A stretch of 64,000 bases of DNA, taken from an uncultured Acidobacteriota bacterium. Its GTDB lineage: Bacteria > Acidobacteriota > Thermoanaerobaculia > Multivoradales > JAHEKO01. The position numbers and the translations under genes were made by a program. The stretch covers positions 1,440,001-1,504,000 of the forward strand of contig CAVQNG010000003.1 in NCBI GenBank assembly GCA_963713825.1, written 5' to 3'. The notes beneath the pieces were generated by a model. It did no database searches and was not told the DNA's origin. It saw only the letters and a list, made by a program, of their open reading frames with translations. Below are positions 37,712 through 47,454 of the stretch, one piece after another; position 1 is the stretch's first letter, and each line of letters begins with the position of its first letter.

Positions 37712-38866
37712 ATGTCGCCAAGCCGCCTTATTTGCCTGGCTCTGTCGGTGCTGTTGATGACCACGGCCGCCGGCCTTGTCGCGGATGAGACACCACCCAA
37801 GCCTCTTCATATGGTCGGGGATCATTGGACGGCTTGGAACCCGCCAACCTCGATACCAGAGGGCACAGAGGTCTACATTGTGCAGCGTGGAGACACGCTC
37901 TGGGATTTGGCCACACAGTTCTATGGGGATCCCTATCTCTGGCCACAGCTTTGGGAACGTAACAGCTACATTCTGGACGCCCATTGGATCTACCCAGGTG
38001 ACCCATTGGTCGTCGGTGTCGAAGTCACACCCGTCGGAGACGTTCTTTCGCCGGACGACGCCGATACCGAAGACATGGCGTCGCAAGATGACGCTAGTGG
38101 CCTAGACACCCTGGCCGCGCCTCCGATGCAGCTCGGCAGTGAATCCGACATCTACTGCAGCGGATTTATCGGCCCCATCGGCCAGGAGTTCGATTTCTCG
38201 ATAATCGGGTCGGAGTACTCGGGATCGTCCTACGATGACCCCCTGAAGGCGGGGTACGGCTCTCGGGAAGGCTACATCATGGACCTGAGTCTCGGTGACA
38301 TCGTCTACATCAGTGGTGGCCGGGAGGCTGGTCTGATGCCGGGTTCGCTTTTCACGGTTGTCGAGTCGAAGGGCGTCGTCAAGCACCCCGTTGGCAAAGC
38401 GACGCTTGGCGAGCACTACCGCTACAATGGCCGGGTTCGGATCCTGTCGACGCAAGACACTACTGCCATCGCGGAGATAGCGCACTCTTGTCATCCGATT
38501 TCCGTCGGCGCTGTCCTGATGCCCTTCACGCCCGAGCCAGTTCCACTCGCTCGGTACTCGGGGATGGTCGGTCTCAATGATCCGGTCACCGAGGAGGCTC
38601 TAGTAGACGCTCCGATCATCGTCTTGTCCGATGCCGGCATTCTCTCACTGGGCCAGGGACACGTTGTCTATATCGACCGTGGTTCCGATGAGGTTGCACC
38701 AGGGGACCTGTTCACGATCTACCGTCCGACGCCGTCGGAGATTCCGCCATTGATGATTGGCGAATTGGCTGTTCTGTCGGTCGGCGAGACTACCTCGGTA
38801 GCCAAGATCCTGGACTCGCGTCAGGTGGTCCACGTCGGTGATCGGCTCTCTCCGAGGGTCGACTGA
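37712..38866 (+). CDS. Secreted LysM peptidoglycan-binding protein
   Basis: Signal peptide; YIVQRGDTLWDLA..FYGDPYLWPQLWERN...HWIYPGD. Confidence 0.85.
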   Translation: MSPSRLICLALSVLLMTTAAGLVADETPPKPLHMVGDHWTAWNPPTSIPEGTEVYIVQRGDTLWDLATQFYGDPYLWPQLWERNSYILDAHWIYPGDPLVVGVEVTPVGDVLSPDDADTEDMASQDDASGLDTLAAPPMQLGSESDIYCSGFIGPIGQEFDFSIIGSEYSGSSYDDPLKAGYGSREGYIMDLSLGDIVYISGGREAGLMPGSLFTVVESKGVVKHPVGKATLGEHYRYNGRVRILSTQDTTAIAEIAHSCHPISVGAVLMPFTPEPVPLARYSGMVGLNDPVTEEALVDAPIIVLSDAGILSLGQGHVVYIDRGSDEVAPGDLFTIYRPTPSEIPPLMIGELAVLSVGETTSVAKILDSRQVVHVGDRLSPRVD

Positions 38867-38906
38867 GTCGCGCCGGAATCCGGCGATCATCGAGCGAAAA
38901 CACGTC

Positions 38907-38934
38907 TTGATCTGACCCCGTGCTGTGGTATTCT
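38907..38934 (+). promoter_or_regulatory. sigma70-type promoter of Fis-like gene
   Basis: TTGATC-N16-TATTCT with TG extension. Confidence 0.45.
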
Positions 38935-38963
38935 GAGCGCTCCTCAGAAGACACGGGGTTGGT

Positions 38964-39236
38964 GTGGTGACGAAGCAGAATCTAAACGGACGACTCTTTC
39001 AGCTTGTCGATGAACTGGTGCGTCGAGGTGTAACCCTCGACCAGGCCAAGCGTGAATTCGAGAAGCAGTACATCGTCGCCATGCTGCGCACGAACGAGGG
39101 CAACCTGACTCGAACGGCAAAAACCATGGGTGTCCACCGGAATACCTTGCGCAACAAGGTCTGCGATCTGGGTATCGTCGCCGGCGATTACGTAGCCCCC
39201 GCGTCGAGCCGTCGGCGTCGCTCGCAGCGACACTGA
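38964..39236 (+). CDS. Fis-family HTH protein
   Basis: FEKQYI..ML..NEGNLTRTAKTMGVHRNTLRNK (HTH_8 pattern). Confidence 0.85.
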   Translation: MVTKQNLNGRLFQLVDELVRRGVTLDQAKREFEKQYIVAMLRTNEGNLTRTAKTMGVHRNTLRNKVCDLGIVAGDYVAPASSRRRRSQRH

Positions 39237-39258
39237 AATTCAAGTCCACACGTGCATC

Positions 39259-39292
39259 AACCCTCGAGCCGAAGGATTCGGTTCGGGTTTCT
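39259..39292 (+). terminator. Putative intrinsic terminator after Fis-like gene
   Basis: CGAGCCGAA-GGA-TTCGGTTCG hairpin followed by GGTTTCT (short U tract). Confidence 0.5.
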
Positions 39293-39424
39293 GTCTGCCA
39301 ACATGGCGGTTCGGAGACGCCAAACTGCCACCCTCCGAGGCGATGTCGAGGCGAGCTGAGACCGAATCCAAGACCCTCGAAAAGCCTGTAAATCATTGCG
39401 CATTGTAGGTGTGACTCGATCCCA

Positions 39425-39440
39425 TGGCACACAGTTTGCT
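39425..39440 (+). promoter_or_regulatory. sigma54 (-24/-12) promoter
   Basis: TGGCAC-ACAGT-TTGCT matches TGGCAC-N5-TTGCW exactly, in an intergenic gap. Confidence 0.8.
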
Positions 39441-39592
39441 AAACTGGGTGTCGAGGGCACACATAGACGCCCGGGCGGCGGCATCGAGGGGAGGAACCCG
39501 ATCGACCGCCGGACTCTCCAAGAACTAACTAGGCCAGATTCTCGTAGAACCCGAATCACTCTGGTTTCAGAGTCATTGCATTGCAGACGCCC

Positions 39593-40351
39593 ATGTCCAT
39601 CGAAGCAATAGAGCCCGCAGCGAAGAAGCTGTTCAAGCGCAGTCGCACCATGCGGGTGGTGATCGCCACGGCTCTGTTTCTGGTCGTCTCCTTTAATTCG
39701 CCGCCGACGCTGCCATCCGTGCCTGACTCCAGACCGGAGCCCCCGAGCCCTGAAGAGATCTACCTGCTGGAAGAGGTGGCCGAGTGGGTGATGGGCAAAC
39801 CGTTGACGGAAGAGTTCAACGCCTTCAGCGAGGCGGATGTCGTCGCGGCGGTCCGTTCGCGGCCGCGAAGCTTCGAGCTGTTCAGAAAGTACGGTGAGGA
39901 AGCCTCACGATGGGATCTGGTGCAGAGCCTGCCCTACGGCGACCTCATCCGATCTACAGCGCAGCGCTATCAAGTTGACAGCCTCCTACTCGCCTCGATG
40001 GTCGAGGCCGAGTCGGGCTTCAATCCGTACGCCATGTCCCCTCAGGGAGCGCTGGGGCTGATGCAGATCATGCCCGAGACCGCCAACCCCTATTCGGTCG
40101 ACGACCTGCTCGAGCCAGCCGTCAACATCGATCTCGGTGCCCGCTATCTCGCCAGGTTGCTCAGGGAGTTCGATGGAGATGTGACTCTCGCCCTGGCCGG
40201 CTACAACTCCGGTCCCGGCAACGTCCGACGGTTCGGTGGTATGCCGCCCTTTCGGGAGACGCGAGACTACGTGGATCGTGTGCTGAGCCGCTACGTCGAT
40301 CACCACCGAGACATCTGGCAGTCATCCGGCGACCAGGACTTCCTGTTCTAA
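39593..40351 (+). CDS. SLT-domain lytic transglycosylase
   Basis: AESGFNPYAMSPQGALGLMQIMP, ALAGYNSGPG, PPFRETRDYV. Confidence 0.92.
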   Translation: MSIEAIEPAAKKLFKRSRTMRVVIATALFLVVSFNSPPTLPSVPDSRPEPPSPEEIYLLEEVAEWVMGKPLTEEFNAFSEADVVAAVRSRPRSFELFRKYGEEASRWDLVQSLPYGDLIRSTAQRYQVDSLLLASMVEAESGFNPYAMSPQGALGLMQIMPETANPYSVDDLLEPAVNIDLGARYLARLLREFDGDVTLALAGYNSGPGNVRRFGGMPPFRETRDYVDRVLSRYVDHHRDIWQSSGDQDFLF

Positions 40352-40401
40352 CTGGCAGTAGCTAGAAGGACTCTGTTGGAGGGACCCCCAAGGGGATCGT
40401 T

Positions 40402-40593
40402 CTACGGGGTTTTGGTTTCCGAGTTGTCGGTTGCGGCGTCTTCCTGATCCGCCGAGTCGCTATTGCTTTTCAGGCCACTCTTGAAGTTGCGTATCCCCTC
40501 ACCGAGGCCTTTGCCGAGCTGCGGCAGCTTCGAGGCTCCGAAGATGATGATGACGATCAGCAAGATGACGAGCAGCTCTTGGAATCCTGGCAT
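40402..40593 (-). CDS. tatA: Twin-arginine translocase TatA/E
   Basis: [33 protein letters not shown]. Confidence 0.93.
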   Translation of the reverse strand: MPGFQELLVILLIVIIIFGASKLPQLGKGLGEGIRNFKSGLKSNSDSADQEDAATDNSETKTP

Positions 40594-40726
40594 CAGGCTC
40601 TTTCTCCTCTGAGAATGCGGCCCGTAACCTGTTCGGGCGCTCGAAGTCTAGCAGATTCTATTTCCCGGACCCCTGGGCGTTTTTGGTCGGTTCGGCCCAA
40701 TCGGGGCCTGTGCCAGCAATGTCCTG

Positions 40727-41704
40727 TCAGGCGCCCAGAATGGGTCGCCAGAGCTCTTCAAGGGTTTCGGCAATGCCTTGTCCCTCGGGGACCCTCTGCA
40801 AGTGGTACAGCGCCCTTCCCAGAGTCGGAGGAATGAGGGGAAGCCGGGCTGGATTGCCCCGTCGGGCAAAGGCCTCGAAGGTCCCGACGACCTTGATCGT
40901 CCTCTGGACGGCCGCACGGTGGTAGGAGAGTCTCTCCGATTCATCGGAGAGGCAGGAGGCCAGCAGGGCGTTCTCCGTCTCGGGCGGTGGGAACAGGCTA
41001 TCGTTGAGAAGGGAGGCGAGATCGTAGAAAGACGGTCCGGCTCGTAGGTCCTGGTGGTCGAGAACACCCACCTTGCATGACGGGCCCATTGGGACCAGGT
41101 TGCGGGCCATGAAATCCCGATGACAGACAACCTGCGGCTCATTGGACAATTGCTCGCAGACTTCTGTCAGGGCCTGCCAAAGCAGCCGCGATTCGTCGGG
41201 GCTGCCAGTCAACTGCCGGGGTGTCAGGTAGATCTCCCAGGTCTGCCGAAGCTCAGCGATCAGAAGATCTCGATCGAGAGCTGGATTCAGGTCGAGGGCC
41301 GTCTGCAGCGGCAGACTCCGGATGCGGCGCCAAAGAGAGATCGACTGTTCGAAGTAGGGAACGAGAGAGTACCAATCCTCTCCTCGTCGATCGTACAGCG
41401 TCGAAGCTCCGAGATCTTCGAGCAGCATGAAGCCTACGGCGCAGTTCGCCCCCAGAATGGCCGGCACTGGGACGGCCAGGTCTTCGAGGAGCTTGGTGGT
41501 GATCTCGAAGCGAGTGCAGGTTTCTTCGAGATCGGATGGGTAGTAGGCCAGGATGGCCGTCTTTCCACCGCCAAGATCGAGGCGAAAGTACCGACGAGGC
41601 GACACATCGCCGACTAGATGCTCGGCTCCGATCACCTCGTATCCGAGCGAGGTGAGCCAGGTATTCAAGAGCGTCGATTTGGGAAGCTCTGTTGACGGAT
41701 CCAT
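40727..41704 (-). CDS. APH-family phosphotransferase, AmgK-like
   Basis: GDVSPRRYFR, LLEDLG, HRDFMARNL, LDHQD, YDLASLL. Confidence 0.8.
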   Translation of the reverse strand: MDPSTELPKSTLLNTWLTSLGYEVIGAEHLVGDVSPRRYFRLDLGGGKTAILAYYPSDLEETCTRFEITTKLLEDLAVPVPAILGANCAVGFMLLEDLGASTLYDRRGEDWYSLVPYFEQSISLWRRIRSLPLQTALDLNPALDRDLLIAELRQTWEIYLTPRQLTGSPDESRLLWQALTEVCEQLSNEPQVVCHRDFMARNLVPMGPSCKVGVLDHQDLRAGPSFYDLASLLNDSLFPPPETENALLASCLSDESERLSYHRAAVQRTIKVVGTFEAFARRGNPARLPLIPPTLGRALYHLQRVPEGQGIAETLEELWRPILGA

Positions 41705-41828
41705 TGCTAGTTGCTGTTTCCGGCAGTGAGGAGTCGGAGTGCGGGTGTCAGACTGCGGATTCACGGCTGGTTGCCACGGCCCCGAATGCGACTCGCGCCA
41801 GACGGTAGCATACTCGGTGGTGACCTGA

Positions 41829-41857
41829 TTGACAGGGGTAGGGGGGCAGTGGATAAT
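41829..41857 (+). promoter_or_regulatory. Near-consensus sigma70 promoter
   Basis: TTGACA-N17-GATAAT upstream of the 97-aa ORF. Confidence 0.6.
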
Positions 41858-41910
41858 CCAGCCAGGTTTCGCAGGCGAATCATCGATGTTGATGGACTGG
41901 AGTTAGCAGA

Positions 41911-42204
41911 GTGGACGCCAAGCTTCGAAGACTGCTGCAGGAACTCAAGGGCGCCATTTCCAAGACGCTCACCGAGTCTCCCGATGTCGAGCGTTCTATG
42001 CAGCGCATTCGAAAAGAGGGTTGGTCGGTCTACCTGGTCGTCGATCGCAAGAGGGAAGACGAGACTCCCGAGGGGATCGAGTTGACCGCTGAAAGCGGAT
42101 CGACGCCAGATGTCATCTTTCGCATCGACAGACAGGACCTGGCGTTTCTGAGATCGATCGGCATCGACCCCACCCGAAGGCTGCGCCGCCGCCGACAGTC
42201 ATGA
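41911..42204 (+). CDS. Small hypothetical protein
   Basis: Own promoter, GGAG RBS, fills the gap between two minus-strand genes; amphipathic helices and DLAFLRSIGI motif. Confidence 0.7.
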   Translation: MDAKLRRLLQELKGAISKTLTESPDVERSMQRIRKEGWSVYLVVDRKREDETPEGIELTAESGSTPDVIFRIDRQDLAFLRSIGIDPTRRLRRRRQS

Positions 42205-42205
42205 G

Positions 42206-42907
42206 CTAGGACCCTGTGGAAGGGTTTCTCCAAACGAGGGTCCAGTTCCGCCCGGCGCGCGGGCCCTCCCGCCGATAGCTCCACAGCCGTTCGACCTCGC
42301 AAGAGGTACACAGCGGCAGGCTCGTAACCTTTCGAATGCCGGCGGCTGTCAGCTGGTACCTGGCGGCCTGCAGCAGATCCAGATGAAGGGCTCCGGAGGG
42401 GCGACGGACCACGACCTCGGTCGAGCTCGAAGCGGCGACTTTATCAGCTACATCTTGACCAACCTCGTAGCAACAGACGCCAATTCCAGGGCCGATCCAA
42501 GCCGCCATTGTCTCAGGCGAATCGGTCATGTGATGCAAGGTGTGGCGCAGAATGCCACCTTCCAGGCCCCGCCATCCGGCGTGAACAGCTGCGCTCTGAC
42601 GTCGCCCGCTGAGAATAACGGGCAGACAGTCGGCTGTTGCCACTCCCATGGCAAGGTCGGCCTGGTCTGTGAAGAGGGCATCAGCCTCGCCACAAAGCCC
42701 TTCAGAGGCCTGAACTGCGGTAGACGAGTGGACCTGGCGTAGCCGGGCAACACGGTCTGGAGATCCTGCCAGGAGGGATAAGACACTCTTCAACTGCGTC
42801 TCGGGGCCGCGGCCAACGAACCGAACCTGGGTGTGAGCGTCCTGGTCTCGCCATACCCAGTGACCACCCGTGGTTCTGTTTGCTTGCAAGTCTTTCTGAG
42901 TTCTCAT
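42206..42907 (-). CDS. pgeF: PgeF/YfiH-family protein (start approximate)
   Basis: QVHS, ADAL, TADCLPV, HAGWRG, IGPGIGVCCYEV, WSYRRE. Confidence 0.9.
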   Translation of the reverse strand: MRTQKDLQANRTTGGHWVWRDQDAHTQVRFVGRGPETQLKSVLSLLAGSPDRVARLRQVHSSTAVQASEGLCGEADALFTDQADLAMGVATADCLPVILSGRRQSAAVHAGWRGLEGGILRHTLHHMTDSPETMAAWIGPGIGVCCYEVGQDVADKVAASSSTEVVVRRPSGALHLDLLQAARYQLTAAGIRKVTSLPLCTSCEVERLWSYRREGPRAGRNWTLVWRNPSTGS

Positions 42908-43091
42908 CACAGGAATGCCTCGGGAGCCGTTCAGCTCGAAGGGCATCAGCCGATTCGGATGACGACTATAGAAGATTTCATCGAAGTGCTGGGATACCTT
43001 GAGTAAACTTGGCACGACCAGGTCGACGTTGATCGGGACCTGGAGCAGACTACAAGGAGCCAGGACGGCAGGCCTACAACGGTCGTCCAGG

Positions 43092-43844
43092 ATGAGAGTG
43101 ATTCAGTTTCTCCATGTGGGTAAGTCTTTCTCGGCTGGCCGGATTGCGCTGGACGACGTGAGCTTCCATCTCGAGAGGGGGGAGTTCGCCTTTCTGAGCG
43201 GCGCCAGTGGGGCAGGCAAGACCACCTTGCTGAAACTGATCTATCGCGAGATCGAGCCCAGCGCGGGCCAGATTCTGGTCAACGGCCGGAACGTCGCCTC
43301 CATCCCGCGCTCCAAGATTCCGTTTCTCCGTCGGACGATTGGTGTGGTCTTCCAGAATTTCCGGCTCATTTCTCGCAAAACAGTGCTCGAGAACGTCAGC
43401 TATCTGCCCAGGATCCTCGGCATGGGTCAGCAGGAAAGGAAGCGCCTGGCCTACAACACCCTGCGTCGCGTTGGGCTGGCTCACCGCATGAGTGCCTTTC
43501 CGAACGAGCTGTCGGGCGGAGAACAACAGCGCGTGACCATCGCGCGAGCTTTGATCAATCGTCCAGAGATCCTCATTGCAGACGAGCCGACCGGCAATCT
43601 CGACCCGGAGCTGTCTTGGGAGATTCTCAGGCTCTTTCTGGAGATCAACGGTAAGGGAACCACGGTTCTACTGGCCACTCATGAGCATAGCTACGTGGAT
43701 GCTCTGGGTGGTCGCTCTCTAGCGCTGGATCGCGGTCGCCTCGTTGCCGACGACCATGTGGAAGGGCATGTAGGGGACCTCGAGTCGGACTCCATCGAGG
43801 AAGCGGAAGCTCTGTCACAGCCTCCAAGAGAGAGGACGGTCTGA
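43092..43844 (+). CDS. ftsE: Cell division ATP-binding protein FtsE
   Basis: GASGAGKT, IPFLRRTIGVVFQ, LSGGEQQR, ADEPTGNLD. Confidence 0.93.
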   Translation: MRVIQFLHVGKSFSAGRIALDDVSFHLERGEFAFLSGASGAGKTTLLKLIYREIEPSAGQILVNGRNVASIPRSKIPFLRRTIGVVFQNFRLISRKTVLENVSYLPRILGMGQQERKRLAYNTLRRVGLAHRMSAFPNELSGGEQQRVTIARALINRPEILIADEPTGNLDPELSWEILRLFLEINGKGTTVLLATHEHSYVDALGGRSLALDRGRLVADDHVEGHVGDLESDSIEEAEALSQPPRERTV

Positions 43845-44740
43845 TGCTGTTCAGGATCTTTGGCTATTTCCTCGCCGAGGCCGCAGTGAGCCTGCGGCGC
43901 GGTTGGAAAGTCAGCCTGGTGGCCATCGTGATCATCGCCATGAGCCTCTTCATCGGGGGTACTTTCCTGCTGCTTACCTCCAACCTGTCGAGAGTGGTCG
44001 AAAGCTGGCGCGGAGAGGCTCGGATCGTCATCTATCTGAGCGGCGATGAAGTGGCGAGACGAGACTCCGAAGTTCTCCAGATCGCGTCCGCCCCTTCCTG
44101 GGTTTCGGGAGTCGAAGAGATCTCCGCGGCAGAGGCACGCTCGAGATTCGAAACGACGTTTCCCAGCGTCAGAGAGCTGTTCAAAGACTGGGAGGAGGAG
44201 CCGTTGCCACCGTCGTTGGAGGTTGCGATCGAGATCGAAGGCGTTGGGGAAGACGAGCTCGACGATTGGCTGATATCACTACGGTCGGATCCGGCTGTAG
44301 TGATGGTCGACGACGATCGCGATTGGCTCCGACAGTTGGAGGCGCTGATCGCCATCCTGACCGGTCTGGGCGCCGTCATTGGCCTGGTCCTGCTGACCGC
44401 GGCGATTTTCACGATTGCTAGCGTCATACGCCTCACCGCTTATCTGTACCGTGAAGAGATCGAGGTCATGCGCCTGGTTGGGGCGACCGAGCTCTACATT
44501 CGGGGGCCCTTTTATGTCGAAGGGGTGATTCAGGGTTTGCTCGGCGGCCTGCTTGCCATGGCGGGATTGTACGGCGGTTACCTGATCCTGAATCCCCAAG
44601 CCAGTACGACATTTCTCGGCAACGTCCTGGTGGACAGGTTCCTCTCCCCGGAAGCACTCCTGTCGCTTCTTCTTCTCGGCAGTCTGGCGGGCCTCTTTGG
44701 CGCGGTGCTGTCTCTCCGACGCGAAGAGCTGGGCCAATGA
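43844..44740 (+). CDS. ftsX: Cell division permease FtsX
   Basis: PLPPSLEV, IRLT...REEIEVMRLVGAT..YIRGPF..EG; coupled to ftsE. Confidence 0.92.
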   Translation: MLFRIFGYFLAEAAVSLRRGWKVSLVAIVIIAMSLFIGGTFLLLTSNLSRVVESWRGEARIVIYLSGDEVARRDSEVLQIASAPSWVSGVEEISAAEARSRFETTFPSVRELFKDWEEEPLPPSLEVAIEIEGVGEDELDDWLISLRSDPAVVMVDDDRDWLRQLEALIAILTGLGAVIGLVLLTAAIFTIASVIRLTAYLYREEIEVMRLVGATELYIRGPFYVEGVIQGLLGGLLAMAGLYGGYLILNPQASTTFLGNVLVDRFLSPEALLSLLLLGSLAGLFGAVLSLRREELGQ

Positions 44741-45079
44741 GGGTTGAGGCAACTGGGCGTTCCTTCCAGCTGGCCTTTGAGGGCTTGAGGGTTGAATCGT
44801 CCGTCGCTTGCTCCGGCCGACCTTTGACGTAGTGGGAGCCACCTCCCATTCCTCTGGAGCCCTAGGCCCTTACGCCCCCACTGCCCTAAGCCCCTATTGC
44901 CTTCAATGGTGCCAGAGGTCCGTTCGGGTGGTCCGACAGGGGGCGCCTCGTCGAGCGCAGCGCAAGGACCATCGAAGGGCACAGTCGATGAGGCGCGATG
45001 ACGAGACGAGGTGGCGGCCCGTCCGTTGGAGTCTGAGTAGCCGCCGCCGTCCCCCTGCGGGCCACCCGGATGGACCTCC
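44739..45079 (+). repeat. Modular intergenic repeat copy 3 (two REP-like units, C-tract, 195-nt structured module)
   Basis: Homologous to 33078-33489 and, for the units, to 6290-6377. Confidence 0.9.
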
Positions 45080-45155
45080 TGTAGGGCCCGCTCAACAGGG
45101 GAAGATCTCATCGAAGCGAAGCTCTTGCCCGACCTCGGCATGCGTTTGGAGCAAC

Positions 45156-45181
45156 AAAAAAGGGGCCGAAGTGGCCCCTTT
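45156..45181 (-). terminator. Intrinsic terminator of the exbB-tonB-TPR cluster (possibly bidirectional)
   Basis: AAAAAAGGGGCC-GAAGT-GGCCCCTTT; gives a U6 tail on the minus strand. Confidence 0.8.
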
Positions 45182-45204
45182 CGAGTACTGCGGATCGAGA
45201 AGCG

Positions 45205-46374
45205 TCAGCCCTGAGGCGGTGGACCACCCGGGAGCTGCTTGAGCTCTTCTTTGAGCCGCTCTTCCTCTTCGGCGAGGGCGCGAATCGTTTCGTTCTCTTG
45301 CTCGATTTGTTGGTTGTACTCGTCGGTCTTCCGATTCTCTTCCACCCGAGCCATCGAGGCGCTGTCGCCAGCATTCTTGTAGGCAGTGACGGCCGCATCG
45401 TAGCTCTTCTGCTTCTCGTACACGAAGCCGAGCTGCTTCCAGACCGTTACCTTGTCGGCGCTCGAAGCGGCTTTGCCCAGAGCTTGTTTGAGCGTGCTCT
45501 CCGCGGTCTGGAACTGCCCGAGCTGGGTGAGAGCCTGGCCCTGGTAGTAGAGTGGCAGCCAGTCGTTGGGATTCTTGCCGGCCGCCTGTTTCAAAGTGGA
45601 CATAGCCCCGTCGTAGTCCTTACCACCGAGTTGGGCTCCAGCCAACAGCATCAAATTGTCGTAGCTGCCGTCGGCCGAGACGACTTTCTGTGCAGCGGTG
45701 GCAGCCTTATTGTAGGCACTGGTCTTGGCATCGCCACGGCTCGTGCGGCCCTGTCGCAGGAGAGCCTGTGCATAGGTCTTCTGCTTGTTGACGTCGTTTG
45801 GATCCAGCTGAACGGCTTTGGCCAGCGCCGTCGAAGCAGTGGCGCCATCTCCAGCCCTCAAGGCGGCAGCACCGTATTGGAACTGGATATTCGCATCATT
45901 GGGCTTCGTCCTGGCGGCTCGCGCCAGCTGGTCGAGTGCACTGTCGGAGTCGCCGGACTTTTCCAGGGCGAGGGCCATCATCTGATGCACGGCAGTCTGC
46001 TGAGCTGCGGGTAGCGACGAAGAGTCGATCCTGCCGAGCAGGCCCGCCGCGTCGTTATACTTGCCAGCGCTCAAATAGACCTTGCCGAGAGCTAGCTGCA
46101 CCCCGACGTTGCCAGGCTCGAGTTCCAGAGCCTTCTGCAGGTGGGACATCGCCTCCTGGTTGCGATTCAACTTGGCCAGGGTCTGGCCCAGCATGTAGTG
46201 TCCCTGAAAGACGTCGGGTCGCTCGTCGACGAATGTCTGGAATTGTTTGGCGGCCTCGGTAAAGTCTCCCGCTTTGAAGGCTGCGACCCCTTCATCCCAC
46301 CCTGCCTCGACCACCGCGACGGTTCCCAGTAAGAGAACAGCAAGCAAGTAACTGATGATCTGTCTTTTCTTCAT
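45205..46374 (-). CDS. Secreted multi-TPR protein
   Basis: ATG 46374 after GGAGGAG; signal peptide MKKRQIISYLLAVLLLG; many TPR repeats; C-terminal coiled coil. Confidence 0.88.
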   Translation of the reverse strand: MKKRQIISYLLAVLLLGTVAVVEAGWDEGVAAFKAGDFTEAAKQFQTFVDERPDVFQGHYMLGQTLAKLNRNQEAMSHLQKALELEPGNVGVQLALGKVYLSAGKYNDAAGLLGRIDSSSLPAAQQTAVHQMMALALEKSGDSDSALDQLARAARTKPNDANIQFQYGAAALRAGDGATASTALAKAVQLDPNDVNKQKTYAQALLRQGRTSRGDAKTSAYNKAATAAQKVVSADGSYDNLMLLAGAQLGGKDYDGAMSTLKQAAGKNPNDWLPLYYQGQALTQLGQFQTAESTLKQALGKAASSADKVTVWKQLGFVYEKQKSYDAAVTAYKNAGDSASMARVEENRKTDEYNQQIEQENETIRALAEEEERLKEELKQLPGGPPPQG

Positions 46375-46723
46375 TGTAAGTACTCCTCCGTCGTTGTAGC
46401 CGCCAACGATCGCACTGTGGCCGAATACAGCATGAACACACCGACCAGGGCACGCTGTCCTCAACCCTCTCGAGCCGGATCTATAGGGCCTTGCATAGAC
46501 TTCGAAAGAACCCGGATGCGACAGCAAGAGGGCGGAAAGCACCGAGGATCGAATCGACCGTCGGCGCTTTCTCCATCCTACTCGATTGTAGACGGTCAAG
46601 CGTGCCGTACTGCTGGTTAGACAGCAGTGAACCGCAAGGCTGAACGTCGTCCTGAAAAAGAACCCGCAGCTCCGATGTCGGAGCCCTCGGAGATCCGCGT
46701 CGGACCTCCGAGTTTGTTGCCGC

Positions 46724-47449
46724 CTATTGGAGGCGGAAATTGACGGTCAAATTGTAGATGACCGCCACCGGCTTGCCGTTCAGGGTGGCCGGCTCGAACT
46801 TCCATTTCTTGACAGCGTCCGCCGCAGCCGAGTCCAGACCCATCGGCAAGCCCTTGAGCACCTTGACGTTCGTCACGTTGCCCTGCTTGTCGATGATGGC
46901 CTCGACGATCACGACTCCCTGAACGCGCGCTTTGCGGGCGATCTCCGTGTACTGCGGCGGAGGAGAAGTGATCTTGACTGGTGGTGCGACATCACCACCG
47001 ACGCGAATCGGACCTTCGGGCTCCTCAGGCGGCGGACCCTCGGGAATCCCGAAGATGATGTCGGTGTCAGGCATGTCGATCTCGGGTTGGTCGATCTCTT
47101 CCGGCAGACGAATGGGCTCGGGCTCATCCGGCGTCGGATCCGGGATCGGCACCTTCTTGGAACGCTGCTTCGGAATATCTTGCTGCTGCTTCGGTGGTGG
47201 GGGCTTGAACCTCACCTGCTGCACGACATAGACCTTGGTCTTCTTGACCTCGCCAGCTTCCGCAATGATCTCGGGAACCTGGATGAGGAAGAGAATGACA
47301 TGGAGAATCACGGCGCCGATGACGGCGATACGCATGATCTTCCGGTCTTCGTCGTATTCGAGTGCGAAAGTTTCCTCGGCCGATGTGGCTACTGCCGGGG
47401 CACCTTTCTTGCCTGTCTTCTGGGGTACGTCTTTCTTCTCTTGGGCCAT
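46724..47449 (-). CDS. tonB: TonB-family energy transducer
   Basis: TM with His (VILHVIL), Pro-rich linker, [16 protein letters not shown]...KWKFEPA. Confidence 0.9.
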   Translation of the reverse strand: MAQEKKDVPQKTGKKGAPAVATSAEETFALEYDEDRKIMRIAVIGAVILHVILFLIQVPEIIAEAGEVKKTKVYVVQQVRFKPPPPKQQQDIPKQRSKKVPIPDPTPDEPEPIRLPEEIDQPEIDMPDTDIIFGIPEGPPPEEPEGPIRVGGDVAPPVKITSPPPQYTEIARKARVQGVVIVEAIIDKQGNVTNVKVLKGLPMGLDSAAADAVKKWKFEPATLNGKPVAVIYNLTVNFRLQ

Positions 47450-47454
47450 AGCGA

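Noticed and set aside
43010-43025. TGGCACG upstream of ftsE as a sigma54 promoter
   Set aside because: No TTGC at the -12 position.
44884-44900. CCTAAGCCCCT resembles part of a twister ribozyme; CTGAGTA resembles a hammerhead core
   Set aside because: The pairing partner needed for the twister stem is missing and the hammerhead CUGANGA/GAAA core is not met.
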